Shown here in pieces: positions 20,192 to 31,304 of a stretch of DNA of 64,000 bases. A program made the position numbers and the translations under genes. The stretch lies in assembly GCA_000002435.2 (NCBI GenBank), contig CM018793.1; one strand, written 5' to 3'. This stretch comes from Giardia intestinalis (taxonomy: Eukaryota). Within the stretch, counting starts at the first letter, position 1; each line of letters begins with the position of its first letter. The notes under the pieces were generated by a model. That model had not been told where the DNA came from. It ran no database searches and saw only the letters and a list, made by a program, of their open reading frames with translations.

Positions 20192-23100
20192 CGATCAATG
20201 GGGCTCGCGGGTGGAATGCAATGCACTGAGGTTCTGTCTGTATGGGCGCTTTGTATGACATTTCACCTAGACACACTCCTGAAACATGTCCAAAAGTGAT
20301 GTTATACGTGAGAATATTCGCTGATTCTGTGTTACCAGGGCTCAAGGGCGTATCTTCTACGCACGAAAATAGCCCAGTATTGTGAAAGTTAACTGTCCTG
20401 GAGCTGGGTATAGAGTACTGCTTCAGTACAGTATCGGTGGCAGTGTCCTTGGACAAGAGTCTGCCAGATGCCGTTGACAAGAAAAGGGTATTGTCATACA
20501 ATGCACCACCATTGATGACCTCCGGGACCTTACCGGTCATAACTGAATTATTGCTTCTGGCATCAAATATGGAGTATTCTTTAGATCCATATGTCAGCAC
20601 TCCACAGCTCAATATGCCTGAGCACAAAGGTACTACATTATCGACAAGGTGGGCAGGCCTAAGTGTCAGGTACTTGGACTCGTGCATGAGATCTATGTAG
20701 CTGACCTCTGTCCCGCCCCGAATGGCAGTCACAATGTGTGGTGCTGTGGTGTGCATCTCTAGAAGGTCTGAATGTCCTCTAAGGATGGGGATGTTATTGG
20801 GCAGCACGGGGGTGTATGTCCACTCACCAACTCGCCTGGCAGATCCAGGTTCGTCTGGCTTCTTCTTTTCATGGAATAACGCGTTGCATATCTTGCTACG
20901 GGCGATAATGTATTGCTTCTTATGATGATTAAGAACAATATCAGGAGAGCTCATGTCTGCATTGAACTTATGTCTATAAAACTCGGCTATTGCATATGGA
21001 CACTTTTGCAGCCTTGTAGACGAGTATAGTGGCTCTGAAGAAGGTGTTCCTACGTTGAACGCGGACGTGTGTCTGCAAAGAGACGTGTCATGATAGTTTG
21101 TAAGAATTCTAACGGTACAATCTGCTGCAGCAATAGCCACCACGCTATGAGGAGTATGCTGGTTCAGAAGGACTATGTCTCCAAGCCAAGCAGATCTATT
21201 TTCCATAGAATATGGGCTTCTTTGCTCTCTGATGAGCTCGGTCATCTTAGAGTATGCGCTAGTCTTATTCTCCAGTGGCACAGCCTCTTCGTCATCGTCC
21301 ATGTCTGGGAAAAGCTTTCTTAGTAGCTTCGGATCAAAGTCTCTTGCCGAAGCAGAGCCTTGCTTGTATAAAATCTTCAGCAGTTGTGAAGAGAAGCTTT
21401 TCAGGACACTATAGTCTAACGACCTTGATGTATTGAGAATGCAGCAGTGGGGACACTCAAGAGATGCTGCATCTGCTTCGAGCATATTAGCTAAGATAAT
21501 TGGCTCAAGGGCTGTGCAATTATCCGTCGCCCAGTTCATCATATTATACGCTTGCGGACCTTGTGGGAAAGCAAGCATTGGGGTATGCAGGTGGCCTGAT
21601 ATTATCCCCCCGCCGGGCCAAGACGTAGGCTGGACGTCCAATATTAGATCAAGTGGTAGCTTATTCAAGAGCTCTCCGGTCGTGGTGTTCCAAACGCAAC
21701 AGGTAGATCCGTTATTCGTAAGCAGAATCGTCTCATTTCGATGAAATACAGCACTTTTAATTGCGCCAGTGCAATGAGAAATAGAGTTGACCTTTTTTAA
21801 CAATAGGGCTGACTTTTCTGAGCAGCGTGCCCCTCCACTGGATTTGTATTCTGCGAAATAGAACGCCCCGTTATCACCTACTCGCCTCTTTAGAACGTCA
21901 CGTACTTCACGTGCCTTCTTCACAGGAGCAAATCTAGAGCTAAGGTGATCTCTTTGCTCGGGATACATTGTGTGAAGTTGTCTTAGAAGATCAACTTCAG
22001 TCATAGCAGTGCAGCTGTTATTGCTTTCCGCATCTGGGAAACTCGTTCGCGAGGTTGCCTGAGAGGGAGCATTTATCTGCCTCAAACTAATCATTGGAAT
22101 AGTTTCGCTGCCTATGCTGTGCGCAGAATCAACTTTTGGAAGCATCTCCATTACAAATAACCCCTCCGGGACAGACTCTGTGGCCAACTTTATAATGGTG
22201 TTGTCTGCTCCTTCTCCGGGCTTTAGTTCCTGTGCATTGCTTTGACTGTTGGGCGAGGACTTTGGAAGTATCTGAAAGGAGCCATCACTGTTTATTGTTA
22301 ATGGCTGAATGTTGGAGCTAATTGACTTCTGAGATAGAAGAGCTGATTTCATCCCTATCTGGTTGTCAGATAGCTTTAAGAATCGAACCTTGCTTAGACT
22401 CTCAGATAACCGATCATAGTCAATATCATTGATTGTAGCAGTGATTCTATTATGCATCTCCATTAGAAAGTTGTTCCTAGTCCATATAAGTGAAGAGTTG
22501 TTATCAGTTGTAAAAAGCGATGTCCTATTTTGTTGGGTGTAACGTAGAATAGGAGATTGCTCTATGCTATTAAGAGATATCATAAGGTAGTTTGAGAAAT
22601 CAAAGAACAAGGCGTGTAGAGCGAGAGAACATACGTATGGAACGAGGTAACCAAAATAAATCTCCTCCATAGGAACTATTAGTTCGTCTCCAAAGTATGC
22701 CTGCGATATCTCACAATACGCCAACGATTCAAGATATGGGAATGGTGATGCAGCCGTTTGCAATTTGAACCGAACAAAGTCGTGTGAAGGCAAAGTGGCA
22801 CTGGTAGATGCGGTTTTCAAGGGTGAGCCAGAGGATTTGCTTTTCAATTCCTTGATGTTTCTTTTCGCTGGTGATGTACTAGTTGAGCTCCTATCTGCTC
22901 TGTTGACCTTTTCGTTATCCTGCATAATTCGTACTCCCAGAGGATTAACATCCCTTGTAATAGTAAACCTTGTAATAGTAAATCTAGAGGAGCTGGTAGG
23001 AAACTGGAGGTTGCTCCTGCTCCATATGCGCATAGCGTCCATACAGTATGTGAGGAGAGGACTAGCCATCGCTGCATTGCGACAGAAATGGCAATAGTGG

Positions 23101-26100
23101 TCTATCACATGCATGCGTTCAAATTTGTCCACCTGGTGTTGCAAGTCATTGAAGTCAGCCTTGCCGGTGCTCTTTGCCAATTCCTCAAAAAGTTGTATGG
23201 GACGGACAAAAAGATTGCCTTTTTTATTATCCCAAGAAGAATATTTTTCACTTTTTAAAAGGTCATGGTCTCTCAGCGTTTGGATTTTAGAAAAGGATGC
23301 GATGTCATTTCCCAGATAACTGGTATTTTTTCGGCGTTGTGACATCAGTGAAAACACATTCGACTTATCACTGCTTAAGGTATTGAGATGCTCCTGTTCT
23401 CGTGAAACTGTGGGTCCAAGTCCACTTCCAGTAAATACTACGGGCGTGGACGGAGAAAGACGCCGTATATCGCTACGGTTTGTTTTCACAGCGCATAGGT
23501 ATCCTTCACAAATGCTTGGCATGTAAGAGCTGAATGATACTCCATGAATGCTCGCGTGGAGAACAGAGTATTCTCTTGGTGGTACTCCTGGAGGAAGAAC
23601 CTCTGTTACCAGCATAGTTTCTAGTTGTGGCGTAGATTGCGTTTCGGGCGCTTCTGGCTTCAGAGTAGTCTTTCTCTTGCTGCAGCTTTTAAGATAGGTG
23701 AGAACAAAGTGAAAGTAAGAGCGTAAACGAGCATGGTCGAATTCTGAGAGTTTTCTTACTTCAAGATCAAACAGGGATGGCCACGGGCTCTGAACGGCGT
23801 CTTTCTCTTGAGATATTGCGGCAGGTGAAGAGATATTCTCAGTGCTATTGAAAATGCGTTCCTTTCTGATAATCCTTTCTTCCATATTCATAGAATTAAA
23901 TTGCAGAGGATCCAGCATAACGGATACAGAATGCTGATAGTGTATCGATGTCGAGGAAATCATTTCTGAACGACTACTACTGCTACATTGCCCAATAGAT
24001 AGCCTAGGCGATCCTGCAAGGTCCTTAACCTTATCAAGAGATAGTAGAGATAGAGAAACCTGTGGGTTAAAGTCCAGACACTTTGTACTTGACGGAGAGA
24101 TGACATAATCCCGCAAGAAAAATGGCAGGCTGGCAAGGGCAGATCGCCCACAAGGACAGCATGCATCGTGCATTCTATAATAGCTGGCTCCACGATCATT
24201 GATGGATAGGAGTGAATGTACAGGACACATCTTCATTGACCGGTGAACTTTCTGCGCCGCGACAGAAGCAGCAGCCTCTATGTTAAAACATATAGAGGGA
24301 AAACGAATGCTGTTTCTGGAGAGAGTAAGAATAACAGATGCACAATTGTAAATCGACGCCACTATCTGAGGCATGCAAATGCGGATTGCCAGCTCTAGCC
24401 ACACGGCATCTAGCTGTTGTAGTAATAAGAACTTCTCTTTGAAAAACTCCAATTCGTGCATATTACACTCGGTTACATCTGATGTGTCCTTTGATTCTGG
24501 CTCAGTAGCAACTAATGTATTATTAATGTCACTTATAGAAATGTCAGATTGATCTGAGTTGCTATCAAAATTGAATGCTTTCCGTTGTTTTATAGAAGTC
24601 GTTACAAAGGAATTCTCAGACGTTTCAGCGCTTTCCGTCGTTCCTGCCGGATATGATTTTGCAGATTGAGAGGTTCCAGGGTTCTTGGAAAATTGGCTCA
24701 TAGACAGACCTTGTGCTTCGGTTGTTTTCAAGGTGATTGCAGCAGTATCTATGCAGACTCCATTAATCTTAACGCTAGTTAGAGGTGATGACTCCAAGTG
24801 GTTATAACACGCTGAGGAAGAGCGCAGAGCTGCGGCTAGGATATGTTTGATCTGTTTCTCTGAGAGATTGCGAACAAGACTGAGCTTCTGTATAATTAGC
24901 CTAACTCGCTGCATGCTCCTATCATTAAATACTTCCCTAACAGCGTTTAATATCTCAGCCTCTGTACTAAGCCTATTAGCAGAAAATCTTTTTTCAAGGT
25001 AATCCTTGCAATTGATGTGGAAGAAGTCATTTGTCATCGGCGTTGTTTGCAATAACAAGCACAGAGCGAGAGACGACACTCCATCAAAGAGATGCCGTGC
25101 TCTAATGGAGATAATCGACACAGGATCATACATTGCTTGCTTAAGTGTGCTATATGTAGTGTGAATAATAGGGTTGACTTGATGAGTCTGGAATCCGTTA
25201 AATATCTTCACATATGCGTTAGAATACATATCATATGCCACTATTAAGTCACTTGTTGCTAGAGCAAGGAAACTTTGAAAGTACAGGGGGATAACACGCG
25301 CAATGCAGCATAGGGCTTCATGTCTGACTAAAGGACTTACGTCATATATGCAGAGCTTAGAAATATTGAGTATAATATCTGGGGGATTCAAGTTGATGCT
25401 CTTATCAGACCCTGCCAAAAAGCTTTCGTTCCAAGTTTCTGACTCCGAGTCGCCCGGATAAAATACATCAACAACCCGATGACAGGCAATGATTGAAATC
25501 AAATCCACAACAGGTAGAGACGAGGTGACAACAGAGATAGCGGCTGCACGTATTTCTGCTGTCATGGATGGCTCAAAGAGCTTCATAAGGATGCCATAGA
25601 TATCGCGGATCTTCCCATAGTTACTTCCATAAGCAACTACGGATTCTGGCTGCTTGAAGTTATCATGTGCAGATGATATCAATTCGTCAGCAGTGAGCAA
25701 TGGCTCTACAGCTTCCTCTACTTGATCCGGCACAAATGTCAAAGAGAACAGCTTTGTTGACGAGCTAAGAAGGTTTGATGAGCTAGTCGCAATCACCATG
25801 CTATTTGAAGTAGGGATTGTTTTAGTGTAGGTATGAAGGGAGGGGCTTGATAGTCTGTTTGATCGTAGCTTTCTAGTATCTGTGACTGTTGTCGTCAGGT
25901 TGTGCATAAGTTCTGAGAGCAGAAGAAGACTCCAAAGCTTAATGTGTTCTGATGCCGAATGGACTAGAATAGCAAGTGCCTCGAGCATATTCTTCTGCAT
26001 TAAACTTTCGCGCATTATTGTGCAACACTCAGAAATGATGCGAGGATCGTCCCCTTGAGTATTCTGTGGCATATAAAAGCCAAACCCGTTTGTTAGGGTT

Positions 26101-28112
26101 GCAGAGCTGGCCTTACAAACAGCTGTCACATTGGAGTTGAGTCCGGTGTGTAATGGCACTTTGGAACGCGATTCTGCAGAAGGAGTCTCACGTGTGCTTA
26201 ATGAAGTGGTGACTGCTGATGTGTGACGAAGACGCGCCTCGAGAACAGCTTGGTCAGTTGTGAGACAGGTCAAGATTATCAGGCATAAGATCCTCATGTC
26301 GGTAGATGTTGTACTCTGCAATAAAAGGTTGCAAAGAACGTCCTCGATGTTCCCTTTGTTGGCTGCCACCCCACTTCCACTACGCCTTTTCGCGATGTTA
26401 ATAATAAGTGGTATTGTAGAATAATTCGCTGTTACAATCTTACAAACTATCAGAATGCAACGGAACTGGTCAGATTCGCACTCCTGAAACGTGTGAACGC
26501 CATGCAAAACTATCTGGAGCAATCGTAATTCTAAGGTGGCCCGAAGGCACCATGGACCCATGTCGATAAAGTGCACAATCAGGTCCAAAGCCTTGCTACG
26601 CAGTTGCTGTATCTTAATACTAATTATTACAAATGGCAAAACATCAGGAATTTCAGTTGATGGATGTGCGTCCAGGAGCCAGAGCTCAAAGGTCCGCAGC
26701 TGGTCCTGCAGGAACGACACCATCAAGTTGGATGTTGGGTCCATTGCTCTCTTCTTAATGAATGATTGATTGGCTGTTGACGAAATAGACGAGGTCTTAG
26801 AGTGCCCACGGAGGTTCAGCTTGGTACTTGCCACTGAGCTTTGGTCGAGACTCTCATTGACCCCTAGCTTGGCTGAGATCTGTGCTCTGTACTTTTCTAG
26901 AGACTTTATCGTTAGAACTGATGACGCTTGTGAGTCCTGTCTAGCTAGAGACCTTTTCTTCGCATCCTTGACTGTTTGCTGCTCGAAGTAGAACGTTAAT
27001 ACACCCAAGTTCATTAGCTTTGCATTACTTGTATAGACACTCGATAAGTTAGCGTTAAAAATGGTGTCAAAGACGTCCCAGAATCGATGAGCGGTTGTAT
27101 CAGGTAAGGAAGGGAGAGATTGAGCCGTTATTCGCAGATCCTTCATGATGCGCTGGGCGAGGATAAACCCAGTGTAAAGTGTACTGACACACTTATCCTG
27201 TCTGTATATCATATTAAATGTATCACGGGGAAGTGAGCTCCATGCAATTGCTTCACAGAGGAGCTTCAATATTTTATTTATGTTGTTAAGGAAGTCCCGT
27301 TTACCGGATTCCTGAAGATATGTATAAACAGATTCGCATTGTTCATATGTGCACGGGGACGAAGTAAACATATATATCTTTCGTATGTATGAGAAAATAT
27401 ACATCTTAACGGGGTTCAGTAGGCATTGTGTAAAAACGTCCGCTGGATAGCAGTTTAGTGAACTCAGCCAGAGGGGCAAACGCTCATTACTGCTTGTTGC
27501 CCCAATCACTAAGATGTTGTCATTGTCTAGTATATCTAATTTTCTAATGGTGTTAATTATGGATCCGGCATAATTGCAATCCAAGACCAGAAGTGCATGA
27601 TCTCCGACAATACGAAGCACATCGTCGATTGATACTAACTGAATTTTCTTTTGTCTGATAGTAGCAGTGTCTGGACCGTCATCATATAACAGAATAGAGC
27701 CTACGGTCGATTGCGAGTCTAACCCGTGGCATATGTAATGTAAGATGGTTCTCTGTGACGACGAAACGTGACTGCTAGTACTGAGACGAAGACTACGCAG
27801 CGTCGGTCGAACTATAAACTTAACCACGTTCTGCCTCTGTATGGAGAGAAGGCTTGTGTAAAGGCGGCGAAACGAAACAGACGTCTGCTCGGCTATTTGA
27901 TCCACCGGAAGGTTCAGAATATCAATATCAGCCTCATATATAGTGTTAACAGTGATTGGAATGTCAATACCTAGTTCTATGGCAGTCAGTATTAAAATCG
28001 TACCGACTTGAGGAGATTGAGAGCTGATGGGCAAAGAGAATGCCTGCATATTTCGTAAGGAGAGAGCATTGAAGCTGTGTCGTTGGCTAGCAAAGAGGAG
28101 GCTGGGTAACAT
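20151..28112 (-). CDS. RPTOR: Raptor (regulatory-associated protein of TOR, TORC1 scaffold) orthologue, 2653 aa
   Basis: N-terminal caspase-like Raptor domain: ILHYICHGLD ... ALLVLDCNYAG ... ADVFTQCLLNPVKMY, corresponding to the metazoan HYNGHG ... DCSNAG ... DLFTSCLTTPIK pattern. Downstream, LCEAIAWSSLPRDTFNMIYRQDKCVSTLYTGFILAQRIMKDL, SLPSLPDTTAHRFWDVFD corresponds to the conserved Raptor segment (IAWNVLPRDLFQKLFRQD ... LAERIM ... SPRLPPT..H..W). The C-terminus has WD-like repeats ending CIAFHPRAPLIAIPELSRISLWSL (cf. metazoan CLAFHPHWPHLAVG). The ATG at 28112 was verified. Confidence 0.85.
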   Translation of the reverse strand: MLPSLLFASQRHSFNALSLRNMQAFSLPISSQSPQVGTILILTAIELGIDIPITVNTIYEADIDILNLPVDQIAEQTSVSFRRLYTSLLSIQRQNVVKFIVRPTLRSLRLSTSSHVSSSQRTILHYICHGLDSQSTVGSILLYDDGPDTATIRQKKIQLVSIDDVLRIVGDHALLVLDCNYAGSIINTIRKLDILDNDNILVIGATSSNERLPLWLSSLNCYPADVFTQCLLNPVKMYIFSYIRKIYMFTSSPCTYEQCESVYTYLQESGKRDFLNNINKILKLLCEAIAWSSLPRDTFNMIYRQDKCVSTLYTGFILAQRIMKDLRITAQSLPSLPDTTAHRFWDVFDTIFNANLSSVYTSNAKLMNLGVLTFYFEQQTVKDAKKRSLARQDSQASSVLTIKSLEKYRAQISAKLGVNESLDQSSVASTKLNLRGHSKTSSISSTANQSFIKKRAMDPTSNLMVSFLQDQLRTFELWLLDAHPSTEIPDVLPFVIISIKIQQLRSKALDLIVHFIDMGPWCLRATLELRLLQIVLHGVHTFQECESDQFRCILIVCKIVTANYSTIPLIINIAKRRSGSGVAANKGNIEDVLCNLLLQSTTSTDMRILCLIILTCLTTDQAVLEARLRHTSAVTTSLSTRETPSAESRSKVPLHTGLNSNVTAVCKASSATLTNGFGFYMPQNTQGDDPRIISECCTIMRESLMQKNMLEALAILVHSASEHIKLWSLLLLSELMHNLTTTVTDTRKLRSNRLSSPSLHTYTKTIPTSNSMVIATSSSNLLSSSTKLFSLTFVPDQVEEAVEPLLTADELISSAHDNFKQPESVVAYGSNYGKIRDIYGILMKLFEPSMTAEIRAAAISVVTSSLPVVDLISIIACHRVVDVFYPGDSESETWNESFLAGSDKSINLNPPDIILNISKLCIYDVSPLVRHEALCCIARVIPLYFQSFLALATSDLIVAYDMYSNAYVKIFNGFQTHQVNPIIHTTYSTLKQAMYDPVSIISIRARHLFDGVSSLALCLLLQTTPMTNDFFHINCKDYLEKRFSANRLSTEAEILNAVREVFNDRSMQRVRLIIQKLSLVRNLSEKQIKHILAAALRSSSACYNHLESSPLTSVKINGVCIDTAAITLKTTEAQGLSMSQFSKNPGTSQSAKSYPAGTTESAETSENSFVTTSIKQRKAFNFDSNSDQSDISISDINNTLVATEPESKDTSDVTECNMHELEFFKEKFLLLQQLDAVWLELAIRICMPQIVASIYNCASVILTLSRNSIRFPSICFNIEAAASVAAQKVHRSMKMCPVHSLLSINDRGASYYRMHDACCPCGRSALASLPFFLRDYVISPSSTKCLDFNPQVSLSLLSLDKVKDLAGSPRLSIGQCSSSSRSEMISSTSIHYQHSVSVMLDPLQFNSMNMEERIIRKERIFNSTENISSPAAISQEKDAVQSPWPSLFDLEVRKLSEFDHARLRSYFHFVLTYLKSCSKRKTTLKPEAPETQSTPQLETMLVTEVLPPGVPPREYSVLHASIHGVSFSSYMPSICEGYLCAVKTNRSDIRRLSPSTPVVFTGSGLGPTVSREQEHLNTLSSDKSNVFSLMSQRRKNTSYLGNDIASFSKIQTLRDHDLLKSEKYSSWDNKKGNLFVRPIQLFEELAKSTGKADFNDLQHQVDKFERMHVIDHYCHFCRNAAMASPLLTYCMDAMRIWSRSNLQFPTSSSRFTITRFTITRDVNPLGVRIMQDNEKVNRADRSSTSTSPAKRNIKELKSKSSGSPLKTASTSATLPSHDFVRFKLQTAASPFPYLESLAYCEISQAYFGDELIVPMEEIYFGYLVPYVCSLALHALFFDFSNYLMISLNSIEQSPILRYTQQNRTSLFTTDNNSSLIWTRNNFLMEMHNRITATINDIDYDRLSESLSKVRFLKLSDNQIGMKSALLSQKSISSNIQPLTINSDGSFQILPKSSPNSQSNAQELKPGEGADNTIIKLATESVPEGLFVMEMLPKVDSAHSIGSETIPMISLRQINAPSQATSRTSFPDAESNNSCTAMTEVDLLRQLHTMYPEQRDHLSSRFAPVKKAREVRDVLKRRVGDNGAFYFAEYKSSGGARCSEKSALLLKKVNSISHCTGAIKSAVFHRNETILLTNNGSTCCVWNTTTGELLNKLPLDLILDVQPTSWPGGGIISGHLHTPMLAFPQGPQAYNMMNWATDNCTALEPIILANMLEADAASLECPHCCILNTSRSLDYSVLKSFSSQLLKILYKQGSASARDFDPKLLRKLFPDMDDDEEAVPLENKTSAYSKMTELIREQRSPYSMENRSAWLGDIVLLNQHTPHSVVAIAAADCTVRILTNYHDTSLCRHTSAFNVGTPSSEPLYSSTRLQKCPYAIAEFYRHKFNADMSSPDIVLNHHKKQYIIARSKICNALFHEKKKPDEPGSARRVGEWTYTPVLPNNIPILRGHSDLLEMHTTAPHIVTAIRGGTEVSYIDLMHESKYLTLRPAHLVDNVVPLCSGILSCGVLTYGSKEYSIFDARSNNSVMTGKVPEVINGGALYDNTLFLSTASGRLLSKDTATDTVLKQYSIPSSRTVNFHNTGLFSCVEDTPLSPGNTESANILTYNITFGHVSGVCLGEMSYKAPIQTEPQCIAFHPRAPLIAIPELSRISLWSL

Positions 28113-28428
28113 AAAGCTATCGGCCGATTTTTTTAAAGAGAACCTAAGTTGTCACCGAAATTAGGTGCCTGTAGCTCTGATAGCAATGTGTCCTAGTTAT
28201 TTGCTCAACGAGACTGTGTGGGCCCAATATTTACTGAAACTTCTGTTTACTCGTTGAAAAATGACTCAGAGACGACTCACTATACATGGCGCATGTTTCT
28301 ATTAAGGACAACCAAGCGTTAGTAGCATAGAGGTTGCCGAAGGTAGCAATATTACAATATTTTAAGTTGATTGTATGGAGGCGGACACCCAATTACAAAT
28401 TTGCACTTAATTAATTGGAAAAAATCCG
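28113..28428. promoter_or_regulatory. 316-bp divergent promoter region between Raptor (minus) and the 946-aa gene (plus)
   Basis: AT-rich tracts abut both ATGs: ctttaaaaaaatcggccgatagcttt-ATG on minus and ttaattaattggaaaaaatccg-ATG on plus. Confidence 0.35.
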
Positions 28429-31269
28429 ATGCGTCCAGCCAAAAGGGGTAAGTCTCAACTGTCTAAGCAGACTGTTGCTGAATCATCTCCCCCGCAAATA
28501 GCGAATGTGCCTCTGCCGGAGAACAGCACTCAGGCGATAGGCGACCTCTTAGAACGTGGCGCAGATCTTTGCACTGCGTACTCACAACTTGCCGATCAAC
28601 GCACCTCTTTACTCTCTGAACAGTTAGAGCAATGCAGTAACCACGATCTTAAGCGCTACTATAGTCGGCTCAATGAGGAACTGACTCTAATCACCCAGAT
28701 CAGCTCGAGGTTGCGTGCAGATCTTAAGTTCATTGCAGCGCAGTCACAAGGATTAATTGTCATTAGCTCTAAAACCATGTCTGATGACCCAGGGCTCTCA
28801 TACAGTTCTTCTCCACCCAGTAAGATGGATGCGTCTGATAGATGTCATGGGTCAATGACCGAGTCAACGCTCCAGGCGTCGACGCGAAGGTCCACGCGCC
28901 TCACTCCCAGTGAGGTTGAGGACTCCCTGGTTCAGGAGTTTATTAGAAAAGGTAACGCGCCCAGATCTGAGGCCGTCAAGTATGCTAAAATTGCTATATC
29001 ATTTGACCCCTCTGGGTATGCTGTTGGTGGAGACAAGCGGAGCTATAAAGAAGAGTTCATTGCAGCTAACTCTGAAAAAATTAGGTTACACGCAATGTTG
29101 CGAGATTCGGAAGCAGAGGTACAACGCTTGAGGAGCTTGGTTGAGCAAGCGCCATCTGAATTAGAGACAAAGCAGCTCAGAGCCAAGACTGCTATACAGG
29201 AAGACAAGATTAACTCTCTTAGATCAGTTTTGTCAATCAGGGATGCATCTAGGACTCGTGACAGCGTTGGTGAGAGTGCCCCTGCATCTCGTCTCGACCA
29301 TGATTTGGTGGATGAATTAACTAAGGAGAACATGGCTTTAAGAATAGAATTGGATAATCAGATCTCTATTGCTAATGCTCAGAATAAAACACACAAGCAA
29401 GAAGTTAGAAAGTTGCGTGAAAAGATCAGTGCTATGCAAAGTCAAGCGTCTCAGGAAGAGAATAAGCCTCAGTTCAAGGAAGCCTCGACCACACCTCAAG
29501 CTTCGGGGCTGTTTGAATCTACTCTGGGTTGTGATACCGGGTATCCTTGTTCTGATGATGACTCTGTGGACAAGAGCTATGTCGCTGAGCTTGAGGATGA
29601 CTTGACTCGTGCGCTATCTCGCATACAAGCCTTAACGGAGGAGAGGAACGCCCTTCAGGCAGATCTGAATAACAAGCTTTCTGCCAAGGCTGAGACTAAC
29701 CTTACAGCTAACCAAGTCCAGGAATTGGCTGCAAACAACATGATTCTCTCTAACGCTTTAACTGCACAGCACCAGCAGCTGACGGCTGCTTTCGCTGAGC
29801 TGAATCAAAAGAACGCCGATCAGCTTGTCCTGCAAAATACCATTCAACAGTTGACAGCTCAGCGTGATTACAACTCTCAAGCAATACAGGCGGAGATGAG
29901 TTCAAAACTAGATGCACAGATCAAGCTATACACAGAGCTTAAGGCTAATTATGAAAGTGCATTGGAGCTTATACAACAGCGCGATGACACTATTCTTCAG
30001 ATGTCAAATGATCTTTCCTCAAATGATAGGGTCACCATGCGCTGTGATAGAGACAATGCACGGCTAGAGCTTAAGGAGTGCAACCAGCAGCTTACTGAAA
30101 CAAAGCGACTACTACAGATGGTCACAGAGGCCATGGGGTATGAAGGCGGCTTCCCAACCACAACTGATGTTGAGCTTTGCGTTTCTCAGCACCAAAGGGA
30201 CAAAGAAAAGAAAACAATGCTAGAAACTGAGTATGCCTTGGCAAAACGAAAAATAGATAGTCTGGAAAAGGAATTGGCTGAGCTTAAGTCAAGTAGAGAC
30301 AGTCTGCAAAGCGCTATCCCCCCTAAGGTAACCCCGGCCAGTGCTATTTCCGCAGCTATTGCAGGTAGCAATGAAATCATTACTCCCCAGGATGCACAGC
30401 GATGTAATACACTATCTAATACTCTCACAGTTGCCCAAGGAATTCCTGGAAGTGCGACTGATTTGATTCGTAGCATGCGGGTCACTGGGGCCGACTTAGC
30501 ATCGTTTCGGACTTCTTCCGTCCGTACCACCAACAAAGCTGGGGTCGCATATGCAAGTTGTGAAATTCTCAATAGTTACACGCCGTTAATGAAAGCAATC
30601 ATAGCCGGAAATAACAGTGCGGTTTCACAAACTATTAGCTTCATAGGAAAGGCGGCGCTTGACGGCACAACAGCCCTCATGCTAGCCGCAATATATGACA
30701 ATAAAGAGGCGGTAGAGATATTAGCACCCCACGAAGCGATGATGAAGAGAAACGACGGAGCCACCGCGCTTAAGTTGGCTTTGCAGACACGACACCTAGG
30801 TCCAGCATCGATCCTGCTTAATTATGAGGGACCTACACTTCCTAAACAATTGCCGGGCTATCCACGTGAGGTAACTGCTTTGATGAAGGCTGCAGAGTTA
30901 GGTGATGTGGTGCTGGTATTTAGCTTGCTCGCTTCTCAAGCTGGGGCGAAGGATGCAGATGGAAGGACGGCTCTGATGAGGGCTGCACGAGCTGGGTTTG
31001 CAGACATAGTGTGGTTGCTAGCTCCACAGGAAGCTGGAATGCAGCTCATTAACGACACAGAGCTTGGCCCGGGCTCAACCGCACTGATGCTGGCTGCAAA
31101 TCAAGGACACCTCGAGTGCGTGAAGCTTCTAATTGCTAGCGAGCGAAAGTATAAGAATAATCTGAACTACGATGCTCTTTTCTATGCTCAGAGTTCTGCA
31201 TCTCATGTCTCCCCGGAGGATAGAGCTTCTATCATCGCTTTGTTAGAAGAAGGGTCTGGCACCCACTAA
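28429..31269 (+). CDS. Coiled-coil plus C-terminal ankyrin-repeat protein (protein 21.1 type), 946 aa
   Basis: About 650 aa of heptad-rich sequence is followed by TALM-type ankyrin repeats (GTTALMLAAIYDNKEAVEILAP, GRTALMRAARAGFADIVWLLAP, STALMLAANQGHLECVKLLI). The C-terminal NYDALFYA motif is shared with the 1873-aa gene (NDALFYV). Confidence 0.85.
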   Translation: MRPAKRGKSQLSKQTVAESSPPQIANVPLPENSTQAIGDLLERGADLCTAYSQLADQRTSLLSEQLEQCSNHDLKRYYSRLNEELTLITQISSRLRADLKFIAAQSQGLIVISSKTMSDDPGLSYSSSPPSKMDASDRCHGSMTESTLQASTRRSTRLTPSEVEDSLVQEFIRKGNAPRSEAVKYAKIAISFDPSGYAVGGDKRSYKEEFIAANSEKIRLHAMLRDSEAEVQRLRSLVEQAPSELETKQLRAKTAIQEDKINSLRSVLSIRDASRTRDSVGESAPASRLDHDLVDELTKENMALRIELDNQISIANAQNKTHKQEVRKLREKISAMQSQASQEENKPQFKEASTTPQASGLFESTLGCDTGYPCSDDDSVDKSYVAELEDDLTRALSRIQALTEERNALQADLNNKLSAKAETNLTANQVQELAANNMILSNALTAQHQQLTAAFAELNQKNADQLVLQNTIQQLTAQRDYNSQAIQAEMSSKLDAQIKLYTELKANYESALELIQQRDDTILQMSNDLSSNDRVTMRCDRDNARLELKECNQQLTETKRLLQMVTEAMGYEGGFPTTTDVELCVSQHQRDKEKKTMLETEYALAKRKIDSLEKELAELKSSRDSLQSAIPPKVTPASAISAAIAGSNEIITPQDAQRCNTLSNTLTVAQGIPGSATDLIRSMRVTGADLASFRTSSVRTTNKAGVAYASCEILNSYTPLMKAIIAGNNSAVSQTISFIGKAALDGTTALMLAAIYDNKEAVEILAPHEAMMKRNDGATALKLALQTRHLGPASILLNYEGPTLPKQLPGYPREVTALMKAAELGDVVLVFSLLASQAGAKDADGRTALMRAARAGFADIVWLLAPQEAGMQLINDTELGPGSTALMLAANQGHLECVKLLIASERKYKNNLNYDALFYAQSSASHVSPEDRASIIALLEEGSGTH

Positions 31270-31279
31270 TATGGAAATT

Positions 31280-31286
31280 AGTGAAT
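31280..31286 (+). terminator. Putative polyadenylation signal AGTGAAT
   Basis: Lies 10 nt after the TAA stop at 31267-31269 and 18 nt before the next ATG (31305). Confidence 0.45.
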
Positions 31287-31304
31287 TTCTTTTCCTAAAA
31301 AATA

